DNA from: the human T2T-CHM13v2.0 reference genome, Homo sapiens | Assembly: GCF_009914755.1 (NCBI RefSeq) | Contig: NC_060926.1 | Strand: one strand, 5' to 3' | DNA: 64,000 nucleotides | In this document: one piece after another, positions 27,428-39,711 of the stretch | How the letters are laid out: every line of letters starts with the position of its first letter | Position numbering within the stretch: position 1 is the stretch's first letter | Position numbers and translations under genes: made by a program | The notes under the pieces: generated by a model | What the model was told of the DNA's origin: nothing | Seen by the model: the letters and a program-made list of their open reading frames with translations, nothing else | Databases searched by the model: none

Positions 27428-28176
27428 TCTTTTCCTTTTCTTTAGAATAACTTTATTTAGTCTCATGGCAATTAAGTTGTCTTCTGGAATTTTATGGTGA
27501 CCTTTTACTAAATATACCACAAATACTGCTTTTCTGAATTTGAGTCTTTGGAGAATGTGGTTTTAAAACTTTTCTGTGACATTCTTTGGGAATCCACTGA
27601 GTTGCTGGTTATAAGGTATCTTTCTGGCTTTCAGATATGCCCTTCTGAATAAATGCACCCCAACTTTGGATGGACATGGGGTGCTGGCTTGTGGATGGGC
27701 AGGCTGTCTTTCTGCTTTATGCATCTGAAGTTCTTGGCCACTGAAGACTTGCAATCTGGTGATGGGCAGGCTTGTGGTAAGATTTTTTTGTGGTCTTCCC
27801 TGCTATCTCAGTTATTAGTGAACAGTCACCTGATTTTCCCATGTTTGATTTTTGTAGCAAGTGTGGTTTCTGTAGTTCATTTCTTTGATTTGCTGTTTTT
27901 CTCTTGCTACTGCAGACTTCTCACTTTCATGAATTTCACAGTACATGTTTGTCCCTGCAATTAAAGATTGAATGTTCCCGGGAGTATTTTCATTTTATCT
28001 GAAGAGTTTGTAGTCCCAGCTCCCTTCCCCACCACCCAACCCCACAACAACAAAAATTGTGTAGACTAGCATTACTCCAAAGGACTTGATGAGGATTTGA
28101 TTGGAGCCCAAGTGGCTGGAGCACCCTAACTAGTTACAAAGCTCAAAGGAGGCCCTTTGTTTTCAAATCTCCTCTC

Positions 28177-28551
28177 CTTTGTTTTTGTTTTTTTCAGACA
28201 GTCTCTCTTTGCCCAGGCTGGAGTGCCGTGGCATGATCCATGGAACACTGCAGCCTCAACCTCCCCAGGCTCAGGTGATACTCCCACGTCAGCCTCCCGA
28301 GTAGCTGGGACTACAGGTGCATGCCACCATGGCTGGCTAATTTATGTATTTTTTTTAATAGAGATGGGGTTTTGCCATGTTGCCCAGGCTGGTCTTGAGC
28401 TCCTGTGCTCAAGTGATCTGCCCGTCTCGGCCTCCCAGAGTGCTGGGATTACAAGTGTGAGCCAGTGCACCCAGTCAGCTATTTAAAAAAATTTTTTTAG
28501 AGACAGAATCTTGCCAAGTTGCCCAGGCTGGTCTCCAATTCCTGGGCTCAG
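28177..28551 (-). mobile_element. AluJ (~28177-28478) followed by a partial Alu monomer (~28490-28551)
   Basis: CTGCAGCCTCAACCTCC..GGCTCAGG, GTTGCCCAGGCTGGTCTTGAGCTCCTG; a second AGAGACAG..GTTGCCCAGGCTGGTCTCC..CCTGGGCTCAG follows. Confidence 0.82.
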
Positions 28552-28784
28552 CCCATCCCCCTGCTTTGGAACGTTTCATGTTCCCAAGCCGAAACTGTGT
28601 CCCTCCCCGCCAGTCCCTGGCACCGTCTGTTCTTTTTCTGTATTATGTGCCTGGCACATAGTACGCACCCAGTACCTGTTGTGATTGTGATTTTTATTAG
28701 TAATAGTTGGTCGTACCTAATTGGCATGTGCTGTTTTAAAGTGACAATAAAACGTACACGACAAACTTTGAGAGCATGGGGTAT

Positions 28785-29973
28785 TGTCATGGTTTGAATG
28801 TGTCCTCCAAAGTTCATGTGTTGGAAACATCCCAGTGCAATACTGTTTACAGGTGAGAACTTTAAGAGGTGATTAAGTCATGCAGACTCAACCCTCCTGA
28901 ATAGATGAATGAGGTTATCGCGGGAGCGCGTGGGTTATCGCGGGAGCGCGTTCCTGATGAAAGGGTGGGTTCGCCCCCTCCCCCTACCCCCCCCACCAGC
29001 AGGTTCCAGATGGAAGGGTGGGTTCGCGCCGTCTTTCGCCTCCTCCTCCTCCTCCTCCTTGCGGGAGCGGGTTCCTGATAGGAGGGTGGGTTCGCGCCCT
29101 CCTCCTTCTGGCGCAAGTGGGTTTCTCATGGGAGGGTGGGTTCGCACCCTCTTCCTTCTCGCGCGAGCGGGTTCCTGATGGGAGGGTGGGTTCTCGCCCT
29201 CCTCCTCCTCCTCTTTCTCCTGGCGTGAGCGGGTTCCTGATGGGAGGGTGGGTTCGCGCCCTCCTCCTCCTCCTCCTCCTTGCGCTAGCAGGTTCCTGAT
29301 GGTAGGGTGGTTTCGTGCCCTCCTCCTCCTCGCGCGAGCGGGTTCCTGATGGGTGGGTGGATTCGCGCCCTCCTCCTCCTGCTCGCGCCAGCGGCTTCCT
29401 GATGGGTGGGTGAGTTCACGCCCTCTTTCTCCTGCTCACGCCAGCGGCTTCCTGATGGAAGGGTGGATTCGTGCCCTCCTTCTCCTCCTGCTCGCGCCAG
29501 CGGGTTCCTGATGGTAGGGTGGGTTCGCGCCCTCCTCCTCGCGTGAGCGGGTTCCTGATTGAAGGGTGGGTTCGCGCCTTCCTCTTCCTCCTGGCGCGAG
29601 CGGGTTCCTGATGGAAGGGTGGGTTTGCGCGCTCCTCGCGCGAGCGGGTTCCTGATGGAAGGGTGGGTTCGCGCCCTCCTCGCGCTAGTGGGTTCCTGAT
29701 GAAAAGGTGGGTTCACGCCTTTTTTCTTCTGCTTGCGCGAGCGGGTTCCTGATGAAAGGGTGGGTTTGGCTCCCTTCTTTTCTCTTCCTCCTCCTTTTCT
29801 CTTCCTCCTCCCATGAGTGTGCTCTTGCATCGTGGAGTGACTTGGCAAGAATGCCCTCAAATGCAGGCCCCTTGAACTTGGGCTTTCGCAGCCTCCAGAC
29901 CTGCAAGAAATAAATCTCTGTTCTTTACTTGTCTCAGGTATTCTGTCATAGCAGCACAAATTGGAATGAAACA
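28785..29973 (+). mobile_element. MST-family (MSTC/D-like) ERVL-MaLR solo LTR expanded by an internal minisatellite
   Basis: 5' end TGTCATGGTTTGAATGTGTCCTCCAAAGTTCATGTGTTGGAAAC; 3' end CAGCCTCCAG..GAAATAAAT..GTCTCAGGTATTCTGTCATAGCAGCACAAA..ACA; perfect 5-bp TSD GGTAT (28780-28784 / 29974-29978). Confidence 0.88.
28940..29810. repeat. CpG-rich minisatellite, 16 units of ~44-68 bp, consensus GCGCGAGCGGGTTCCTGATGG(A/G)AGGGTGGGTTCGCGCC(CTC)n
   Basis: TTCCTGAT-like cores counted at 28951, 29004, 29072, 29122, 29172, 29234, 29293, 29343, 29396, 29449, 29505, 29552, 29605, 29649, 29693 and 29746. Confidence 0.95.
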
Positions 29974-30630
29974 GGTATGTAGGCATCCTTATATCTTGCT
30001 AGCTATATCTTGCTAGTTTTGGGGATGTAAATCAGTACAATTTTACTGAAAGAAACATGGGATATCACTGCTACACAAGCCTAAAAATCCTCGTATTATT
30101 GTATCAGATAATTCCTTTGCTCTAAGGAAATATACAGAGGTATGATATACAAATGTAGGAGTGAAAGACTATTGCATTACTTTTTAAAATTTTTTTATTT
30201 TTTTATTTTTATTTTTATTACTTTTTTAAATAGAAAAATTGAACAAATTAAATGCCTAGTACTGTGGGATTATTTAAGTAAAACATGCAATTACTACTTA
30301 GCTTTTAAATTGTGGTAAAATATTTATCATGGGAAAATGTTTAAAATCTGTTGTGATATAAAAGGCTGTAAGAAAGCAAGCATAAATATAAGTGTATTTT
30401 TGTGATATATGTGTATGGATGATATACCATATATGGGAATATATATGGAACATACTAAAATTTTACCATCTGTAGGGAGTGGAATGATGAATGATGTTTA
30501 AAAAAATTTTTCTTTGTGGTTTTCCAGTATTTAATAAATTTTTTGTGATTGAGCAAGTATTTTGGTCTATTAGAAAAAAACAGTAATTTCACTTGGAAAA
30601 GTGATATTTTGATTGGCTCTGTGAGGTTAC

Positions 30631-30940
30631 TTTATTTTTATTTTTATTTTTTATTTTTTTTTTTTTTTGAGACAAGGTCTCGCTATGTTACCCAGGCTAG
30701 AGTACAGTGATGCAGTCATGACTCACTGCAGCCTTGAATTCCCAGATTCAAGCAATTCTCCTACCTCAGCCTCCCAAGCAGCTGGGACTACAGGGACATG
30801 CCAACATGCCTAGCTACTTTATTTTGTAGAGATGGGGTCTCCCTGTGTTGCATGGGCTCATCTTAAACTCTTGGACTCAAGCAGTCCTCCCACTTCAGCC
30901 TCCTGAATATCTGGGATTATAGACATGTACCACATCCAGC
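30631..30940 (-). mobile_element. AluJ
   Basis: T-rich tail, CTCACTGCAGCCTTGAATTCC, GGACTCAAGCAGTCCTCCCAC; diverged. Confidence 0.85.
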
Positions 30941-31201
30941 TGTTACATGAGGTTAAAAGAGAACGATCCCCAGGGGGAGAACCTGGCAAAATGGGCCTGT
31001 TTATAGGGGTCCCCACCACCCAGTGGCTAGCTGGCTCTTCACACAGCAGCTGCCCTTGTGCCCAGGCGGTGGTGGACATGCCCCCTAAGCCCTCCTTCCT
31101 AGCCCTCTTGGGAGTCCCAACCTGAATGTGAGTGAGCCCCTCTGAGTTTTTTGACATCAGAGGAAACAGGGCAATCTCCCCTCTCTTACATACCCCAAAT
31201 C

Positions 31202-31203
<2 letters not shown>

Positions 31204-31251
<48 letters not shown>
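31204..31251 (+). repeat. (TG)n microsatellite, ~24 units
   Basis: Seen directly in the sequence. Confidence 0.97.
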
Positions 31252-31255
<4 letters not shown>

Positions 31256-34181
31256 GACAAGTTTCTAGCCCAGGCCCTGTGGGGTTTGCTGGGAGAGTGT
31301 TTTAATCAATCGCGATGAAAGTTGGCTTCTGCTAGATCCCATTTTTGGATCCCATTTTCCAGGCCTGTTAAATCTTCCTGGCACGCCTAACTCAAGACAT
31401 TTATGTCCTTGTACTTTTGTGCATAAAATCTTAGAATGAGTAAAAATAAACTTGCCTGCTGCTCAGAATTGACCCTGAGCGATATATCTTCCGCTGGACA
31501 CTGGTGCCAGATGGTATTGCACCTCCTACTGGGTTAATGAACAGGCATTTGCCGAAAACCTTGAATTGCTCTTGAATCATTCCATGCACTTTCAATACAA
31601 AACTCTGCCAGTGGCAATTTGCATTTGTTTCTTTTTCTCTCCATCTTTCTATTTTAGGAAGGAGAAAGAGGTGACTTTCTGGAATAATTTCCTGTGAATG
31701 AATTGAATTAGTTTTATTGCTAGTATTGTTATAAATCTGTATCCCTAAATAACTATGTTGTGCCAACTTGGGGGCACAGAGTAAATTTCTTCTCGGAGCT
31801 ATCTGCAATGATGGCTTTAAAATACACTTCAACTTCTGCATTAGGTGGTGCAGGATGCTTATATATTAGTTTGTGGGGGTGGGGGCAGAAAAAATGGTCC
31901 TTGTGGCTTTAATACTACTGCTGTTACAGTTTTCCACATGTATTCTTGATCCTTTATTCTTACTACAACCTTGGACAGTTACAAGGGGGCGGAGGGTGGA
32001 ATATTACCTCTAAGTCTACTTATTAGTCAGTATCTTGAAGATGAGATACGTCTGTGTGCTTTTCAGTAATAATAAGTGTTCGAATCAATCTAATCTTTTG
32101 CTCACACTCTAGGAAACAGATGATAGGGGGTGTTTAGAGTCCTTGAGTTTTGGTCCTGCTAGCGTGCATTCTCTCCCTCCCCCGGGAGGTCTAGATACTT
32201 CAAGGTAGATATAGAGAGTACTGTCTTGCTTCTGTCATTGAACCAGATTGTGAAATAATGCCCCCTTCACCAGGACTTTGGAGAGACAGGAGTGTTCTCC
32301 AAATCTGCCCTCACTTCATGTACTGTTCAAGGCCCTGGTGGAATATCTTCCATGAGCATTTGCGCCCCTTCTTGATATTTGGTATTTTGTGGTTCAGGTG
32401 GTTCATGTTGCTGTAAGAACCTCACTTCTGGAAGCTGATAATGCAGTTGAAGTTGGGTGCTCTTTTACTAATATCTAGTCTTTTCTCTGTAGTCTGAGTG
32501 GATTGTTCAGACTTAAAAGGTCCAGCAGCATTTTATTTGTGACTGGCTGTGAAAGTCACATACCTATTTTATTTTTATGGCCTCTGATCTCAAATATCCC
32601 CCAGAACACAGTCGGCATCCATATAATGCATAGTGGAGGTTGTTAACCTCCAGGACTGAAACACCATTTGGAATATTCCTGTGAACAGTTTGGATTCCTT
32701 CAGGTTCCTAAACCAATGGCTCATTTCTCACCCACCTAAGAGGGTGACTTGAATCTGAATTAGCAGGTACTGTGTTAGACTTCAAACCTTATTAGTCATA
32801 AACAAATTTAATACTCCTTTACATTTTTAACTCAGAAAAAAGATTCAAGTGTGAATTTTCTGTTTCTAGACAAGGATTTATCTTCTCAAAAGTTCTGAAA
32901 TCGCCTTTCAGTTTTAGTCTAGGCATTCTGTTGAACAATTCTTATGTTTTTATCTGCTTAAGTTGGAGTATACTTTCCTAGAATTATCCTAGAAATGATA
33001 AGAAAGATCTAAAGCTTTAAATTCTGGAGTCTGAAATATCCCATAATACCCTGTTTTTATCTCCCATATCGGCTGCAGCAGGTGGTTTCATAATTTATGT
33101 ACGTAGGTTTCCGTTTGCTTCACTAGGCTACTTGTGGATGAGTGTCCTTTGGCCTTACTCATTTTTTAATTCCTAGTACCTACTGCATTAAGTGAATCTC
33201 ATTGTAAAGTTCACCTAGCGCCTTTTTAACGTCTATAATCTTTTCTGTGTTTGATGTCTGGTGTGCGTGAGCCTGTGTTTTAGGAAGAACTTGGAAAAAC
33301 TTCTTAATGGCTGGGTAATCTTATTTTCCGTAGTGGATTTTATTTGTGACAATTGTATTAAGAAATGGACTTTATTCTGTGTGCTGTGCTGGAGAATGTA
33401 CTGGAAGACCAGAGGGGTCTAGGCTTTGCAGTGCCTATAACTGGCTTGTGATCTCCAGCAAGTCACTTAATATATCTGAGTGTCTAGAACAAATGGTCTA
33501 GAAAACCCCATTCCAAAAATTCCAGGGTAAAAAGTCAGGATGATCCTCATGAAACTAAAAGCAACTTTTTCCCCAACATATTATTCAAGGTGTAGTTCCC
33601 TGGAGGCTCCTCTGTAGCACTCTGGACATGGTGCTCTTCGGAAGTTGAATTTGCTCATTGCCTCTGTTGTTTCTTAACCATTAGTTAGACATTTAGTCTC
33701 TATGCCAAGCTGTAAACAAGTTAGCAGAAGTGGAAATTTTTGTGGAGCATAGAATTAATTGGTTTGGATATGCCTGTGCTTGGGAATTTACCTATTGTTG
33801 GTGTTTGAAAGTATATTTTTCCCCTTTCTTTGAAACGATTTTAGGCCGTTGCTTCTGGTACTCAAGTACCAGTATGGAGGGTCTGAATGTGTGGTATATG
33901 GCCTTTTCTTTCAGATCTTAAGGCTTAAAAAAAAAAAAAACTATGGATCCAAGGGAGCTTTTTAAAACACTCTTTAAAATACGTGTTTTGTTTTCTATTT
34001 AATGTAGGATTCATTTTCAAAGCAAAGTGATCATTTAAAAATATGACAGCCCAGATTTGTTAATGAGCTAGCAAATGGTTGCTGTTAAGTGCAAAATTGT
34101 TTTCCCATAAGGTTCAACTCCTAATGATAGTCGATGCTTGTAAGTGACATGGATCTTTAGCTCCGCTTTTATAGTTTAGAG

Positions 34182-34380
34182 CAAGCTTGTCCAGACTGCG
34201 GGCCACCTGTGGCCCAGGACGGCTTTGAATGCGGCCCAACACAAATTTGTAAAGTTTCTTAAAAAATGGAATTTTTTTTTAGCTCATCAGGTTTCCTTAC
34301 TGTTAGTGTATTTTATGTGTGGCCCAAGACAGTTCTTCTAGTGCGGCCCTTTGGTGAAGCCAAAACATTGGCTGCCCCTA
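34182..34380 (-). mobile_element. MER30 hAT-Charlie element
   Basis: CAAGCTTGTCC..GCCCAGGACGGCTTTGAATGCGGCCCAACACAAATT...GTGGCCCAAGACA; 8-bp TSD GTTTAGAG / GTTTAAAG. Confidence 0.88.
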
Positions 34381-35173
34381 GTTTAAAGGCTATGTCTCCT
34401 ATCTCATATTTTAATAGGCTAAGTTGTACTAGTTTAACAGGAATATGTGTGTTTGATTTACAAGGGGATTTCCTAAAGTTGTGGCCTCTGCCTTTGAATT
34501 TTCAACTACTTTAAAAAATACTCTTAAGGACAACCTTAACACAGTTCAATGATTTCTTAATTAGTTCATCAAATATTTATTGAGTTTTTACTGTGCCAGG
34601 TACTGGGATGTATGTGGTGGATGGTATGGGGGGTGGTCAGGGATACAAAGATGAAAAACTGCTTCTGCCTTTAGGAACTCTGCAGATTGGTGGGTTGGCA
34701 GGTATGTATGCCCCAATATACTTCAGTCAATATTTCAAAGTCTTCCAAGCCCTTAGGAGTTGGAACATTTTTACGTTTGAACTTGACCGTGATGTTGTGG
34801 AATTTTCTAGCTCAGGAAGGGCCTTCTAGGCAGGAGAAACAGCATTAGCATTACGAGGTGATGCTAGACCTGTTCCAGAAATTGAGTAATTTATATGAGA
34901 GAGTCTGGTAGAAAATTCAATTCAAAAGGTCGGTTGAGACATTGAGTGACTGGAAAAGCAAAGCTTGTATTTTCAGGTGGATCTAGCACTTAAAAATTGG
35001 GATTTGAGATTAAAGAGAGATTTCTTGAACCTCCTGGTATAACTTGCTATCCTTTGGAGTCAAAGACGATGATGTCGGCCATCTTGTTAGGCTAAGGAGG
35101 AAAAGGAAAGTATGAAGGATTTGCTTCTTGATCAGTAGTTCTTAGTCATGTTCCATGTAGGACGGAAAATCTT

Positions 35174-35570
35174 TGTATTAAGGAACATGTTCAGCTGCTG
35201 TAACAGAAACCTCAAACAATACTGATTTAAACAAGACAGTTTAGTTTCCTTTTACTTTAAAGTCAGCTAGAATGGCATTTCTGCCTGCTAAAGTTATAGG
35301 GGGCTGGGCTCCTTCCTTCTGGTTGCCCTGCCACCCCCAGTGTTGCTCTCCTTTGTATGCCCTGAAATAAAGGAGAAAAAAAGGGTAGGAGGAAGGGCAA
35401 GGAGGAATGATAACCCAGAGGTTGGGTAGATTTTTTTCTACTCCTGTTCCACTTGGCAAAATATAATCACTCTGCCACTCAGCTGCAAGAGATAATTATA
35501 CTCTGTAGTGAGATACTCTGCAAAATTCCTGCTCCTATGGAAGAAAGGGAGAATAGCTTTGGGGGAGCAA
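35174..35570 (-). mobile_element. Old MLT1 (J/K/L-like) LTR
   Basis: TGTATTAAGG..CAGCTGCTGTAACAGAAACCTCAAACAATACTGATTTAAACAAGA terminus. Right boundary approximate. Confidence 0.5.
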
Positions 35571-38260
35571 TAAGGATCCAGTATATCCCATTTGGGCCTT
35601 GTCATCTGTACCAGAAGCTACTGGTAACTAGAAATGAATTTTTAAGCCTGTATAGCCAAGAAGGGTAGCAATAGTCCTTCTTCTTCTGGTTCTTCATATT
35701 GAAAAATGAAACTGATTTTATAAGCTGTGTCTGCCTCTGCTAGCTCAGTGAGCCTGTTCACCAGCCCTCAGTTGCCCTCCCTGAACTTTGCCATCATAGG
35801 CAACCCATGTGCACTGTGGAAGGTGCACTTTCCTTGCTGTCAAGCTCTGTGTAGCTCTGAAGATCACCAGCATTCTGATCCAGTGTTCTTCAGACTAGCA
35901 AGCAGCTTCAGAATTACCAAGCAAGGAGCAGGAAGTTGGCTGGGAGATGCCTTTTACCCTTGAGTCTAGCTGGGTGTGTGAGGCTTGGCTGTTTTGGCCC
36001 ATCTGGTCTCCATCCAAGGTGGCTGAGTTAAGATCTTTTGGGCATTGTGCTACAAAGCAGCTTGTCAAGCTGGAATTCCGTTGGTGTAGGGGAGCATAGT
36101 CAACCTACTCTGTCCATGTTCCTTATGGCAGCTGCCCCCAAACCTGCCTAGTGGTCAAAACTACCTGGAGAAGACTAATGGGTTCCTATGATATATTGTA
36201 GTGGATCAAGTAGTGCACGTTCTCAGGGAGGTGCCCAGGAGTGGACTTTTAAGCAAACACCTTCTCAGGTCTGATCATGGGCCCACTTTGGGAACCACTG
36301 CTTTGCATTCTTCATCTTACTACTTATAACTTTTGGTAACTGCATCATGTTTCCCTTCCTTTGAGGGGTTTATATTACAGCTTAACTTGTAAATATTAGG
36401 TATTTAGTTGTTTCTGACACTCAGCAAGTATAAAAGAGGCCAAAGTTTATTTTTTGAATGAATGGTATTTGTGTGTTGTTACATAGCTCCCTTGAAATGT
36501 ATTCTTGTGGCACATTGTCTTAAAACATTTTGGTTAACAGAAGGTAAAAATTAGCCCACCAGGAAATGCTGCATTTCCATTTCAGAAAAACTAAATGCTT
36601 CCATATTTTCCAGAGTTGATGATAGATTTGAAAGTAAACATTAAACTCCATTCTGGACTTGGTATGTTAAGCTGCTATTTCTTGGGGAAATCTCATGTAT
36701 ATAATTTGACTAAATTCTTGGAGTAACTGTCTTCCCTTCCTTTCTTAATTGCACATCTTTGCCTCTCCTACTCCTCTGATAAGAGGGCAGTGTGTTTTCC
36801 TGTTCCGTGATGTGACTCAGAAGCATGTACATATATCCCAGAAGACAGCCTCCCGGGATGGAGCTGAAGTCTCGGAGGGAGTCCTGGCAGAGGGTGCAAG
36901 CTTTGGGACCAGCTGTGGACTGAAAGCTGTTCTTTGTGTCACCTGTGGACTCTCAGTTCTCTGGTGGAGGCTGAAATTTTAGGGCTGGCTGCTGGCTGCA
37001 ACTGTATTTTGCTTGCCTGCTCCTTTTTTTTTTTTCTTCTAAAAACAGTGGCCTGAACCTCCTTCCACTATTTGTTCTGTGAGGATGGAGCATTAAATCC
37101 CTGCTTAGAAAACAGTGATCTTTGCCTTGTTCTATCGGCTGCTCCAACAGCTCTCTGTCAGTATTCCATGATTTTTTTCTCTGACTTTTGGATGACTTGA
37201 ATACTCATTTTGTGGGTTCATTCTCCTAGTTGTTTAGAATCATTTGCTTTTTCTTTGTTTCCTTTATTATTTGAACCTTCAACTGTGGGAAGCTTACCGA
37301 AAAGTGTTTTGCTTGGGAAATGCTCCCCCTGCATATGGCTACTATCCATTGTTGCTCATGAGTTCTGTTGGAGTTTGAGGGAAGCAGATACTGATTGGTG
37401 CTCTGTATGTGGAGGTTGTGCAAATGGCAAGAATGAACATGCTTCTTGCCTGCAAGAAGCTTCAGTGGTCCAGTGAAAAAATAAAACCCACAAACAGTCT
37501 TAAAATCATTGATTAGAGGTACAATTTTGGTAAACACCTGAGAATTTTTCTCTGTCTCAGGTAAAGGATGTCATGTTGAAATGAGGAATTAATTACGTGC
37601 AGATAGTAAGTCTTTTATTTGGCAATGAGGACTATTTTAGCTGGTGTCCCTGCCTCCCTACCCCGCCCCCCAATCCCCCCATTCCCCCCCTGCCCCGCCA
37701 AGGCTGAGAAAGTCACAGCTTTTGGGAAGTATTCCAGAAATATCTGACTGACTGACCTTGGTAAGGACACCATAGTGGTCACGCTTGAGGGGTTTAAACA
37801 GATTTTCTGCCAAGGGAATATAGTCTCTAGCCTGAATACTTCAGACAGGGATGTCTGCAAGTCCCCTGACATCTTCCTTCCTTTGTAGATTCTTCTGGAA
37901 ATTTCTCTCATGTCTGCAGTGATGCTGCCTTCACAGGAGCACAGCTGTTCTTCCTGGCTGATGGCAGTTGTTGCCAATTAATGGTGTTACAAGTCTCTTT
38001 TTCTTCTTTTCTCTGTTGAGCCTCTTTGTCCTTCACTCCCTAAATGTAATCAGAGAAACCCTATTTGGTGTAGACTGAGTGTCTTTCTATATAACCTCTA
38101 TTAGCATTAGCCTTTCTCCATTTATTCACTCATTCAAGGAATAGTTGAGCACTTAGTGTGCCCTAAACTCTGTTTTAATCACGAAGTATGGAGTGAGCAA
38201 AACAGATGAGTTCTCTGCTTCTGTGGAGCCTATGTTCTGGTAAACGAAATAAACAGGATT

Positions 38261-38603
38261 TGCTGGGCATGGTGGCTCAAGTCTGTGATCCTAGCGTCTT
38301 GGGAGGCCAAGATGGAAGGATCACTTGAGGACAGGCATTCAAGACCACCCTGGGCAACATGGTGACACTCCGTCTCTACAAAAATAAAAATAAAAAAAAT
38401 TAGCCCAGTGTTGTGGTATGCACCTGTAGTCCCAGCTATTCAGAAGGCTGAGGCAGGAGGATTGCTTGGTCTTGCTCTGTCTCCTGATTGCTATGTGACA
38501 CGATCATAGCTCACTGCAGCCTTGAACTCCTGGGCTCAAGCCATCTTCCTGCCTCAGCCTCCTGAGTAGCTGGGACTACAGGTGTGTGCCACTACTCCCT
38601 GCT
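38261..38603. mobile_element. Fused inverted Alu pair: plus-strand AluJ (38261-38468, 3'-truncated) joined directly to a minus-strand AluJ right monomer (38469-38603)
   Basis: ...GGCTGAGGCAGGAGGATTGCTTG|GTCTTGCTCTGTC...CTCACTGCAGCCTTGAACTCCTGGGCTCAAG...; no poly-A and no spacer at the junction. Confidence 0.85.
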
Positions 38604-39340
38604 TGTCTTGTGTTTAATCATTCAAATACCTTTATTAAGGATGCCCTCTGTGCTTGATCTTACTTCGGGGGCTATTTCCTAAAAATATAATCTGGAGAGG
38701 CTGTGGTCTTTGCCCTCTGGAGGGCCGCTTTGGTTTAGTTGAGACAGGTTGGGCTGTGAACCAATAGCTATAGTCGAGTGTTAAATAAGGCAAAAGTAGG
38801 TCCAGGGGTTGGTAGGAGCAGGAAGAACTATCTTTTGTTCTCTTTGAGCTGGTGGACTGGAGTATGGGGTTGGGATATTGTAATCCTCTTATGCTTTGGC
38901 CATAATAAATTATTTTTCTGTATCTTTTCTATTTAAAAAGCCTTTTTCTTTTCATACTGTTTGACATTAGGGAACCAGTAGATGGGAGGGAAGATGGGAT
39001 AATGGGGGTGTGGGGAGTGAGTAATTAGATTCCCCTTCAGCAGTCTCAGAAAAGAAGTCAGCATCTTCCACAGCACCGGGTCAGCTTGTGATGGTTCCAG
39101 ACAGGGTGAAACAATTTTTATGATTTGTCTTCAGATCCTTTTCTCCTTTCACCTTCGGGGCGACCTGTGCTTGTCAGATCCTCCACGGCAGTTGTTATTG
39201 TCAAGTGAGGTAACAGTGGCACAATGCTAATGAGAAGGCAGAATGGTTGTCCAGGGTGGCCTTGGTGGCCGCCAGGCGCCAGCATCTTTATCAGCTCTGA
39301 CATGCTGCTCAGAAGGCCAGCTCTCTGGGCCAAGCGCTGC

Positions 39341-39371
<31 letters not shown>

Positions 39372-39711
39372 GAGAGGAGTGACTATCCCTCCAAAAGCTG
39401 CTGATTAGCACTCTGGCTTGAAAGGCTCCATGCTAATATGTAGTTTGCTACAAAGATGCCAGGGTTTGGTATGGTCACTAAATTATTTTCCCTTCTCTGA
39501 TAATTGGCTGGTTGATACTAATGAAGAGATGCAACTATTTTCATTATATTATTATTGAATACCCTTGAAACCACCCACCCCAAGAACTTGGACTTATCAG
39601 TAACTCATATCTATCTATGACATCCTCTCTTCTTCCATCCTCTGCCACCTGACCCAGCAGCCACTATTCAAAACTTCATTTTCTTGTTCAGCTTCTCTGT
39701 CTTTTGCTGAC

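Noticed and set aside
28940-29810. Repeat-spacer appearance resembling a CRISPR array
   Set aside because: The spacers are low-complexity (CTC)n rather than unique, the repeats are degenerate and LTR-derived, and the context is human with no cas genes.
29285-29986. 233-aa minus-strand ORF and overlapping ORFs with Arg/Glu/Pro repeats
   Set aside because: Translation of the GC-rich minisatellite and MST LTR; stop-poor by composition, with no recognisable domain.
29990-30016. 14-bp tandem duplication TATATCTTGCTAG(C/T)
   Set aside because: An ordinary slippage duplication, too small to interpret.
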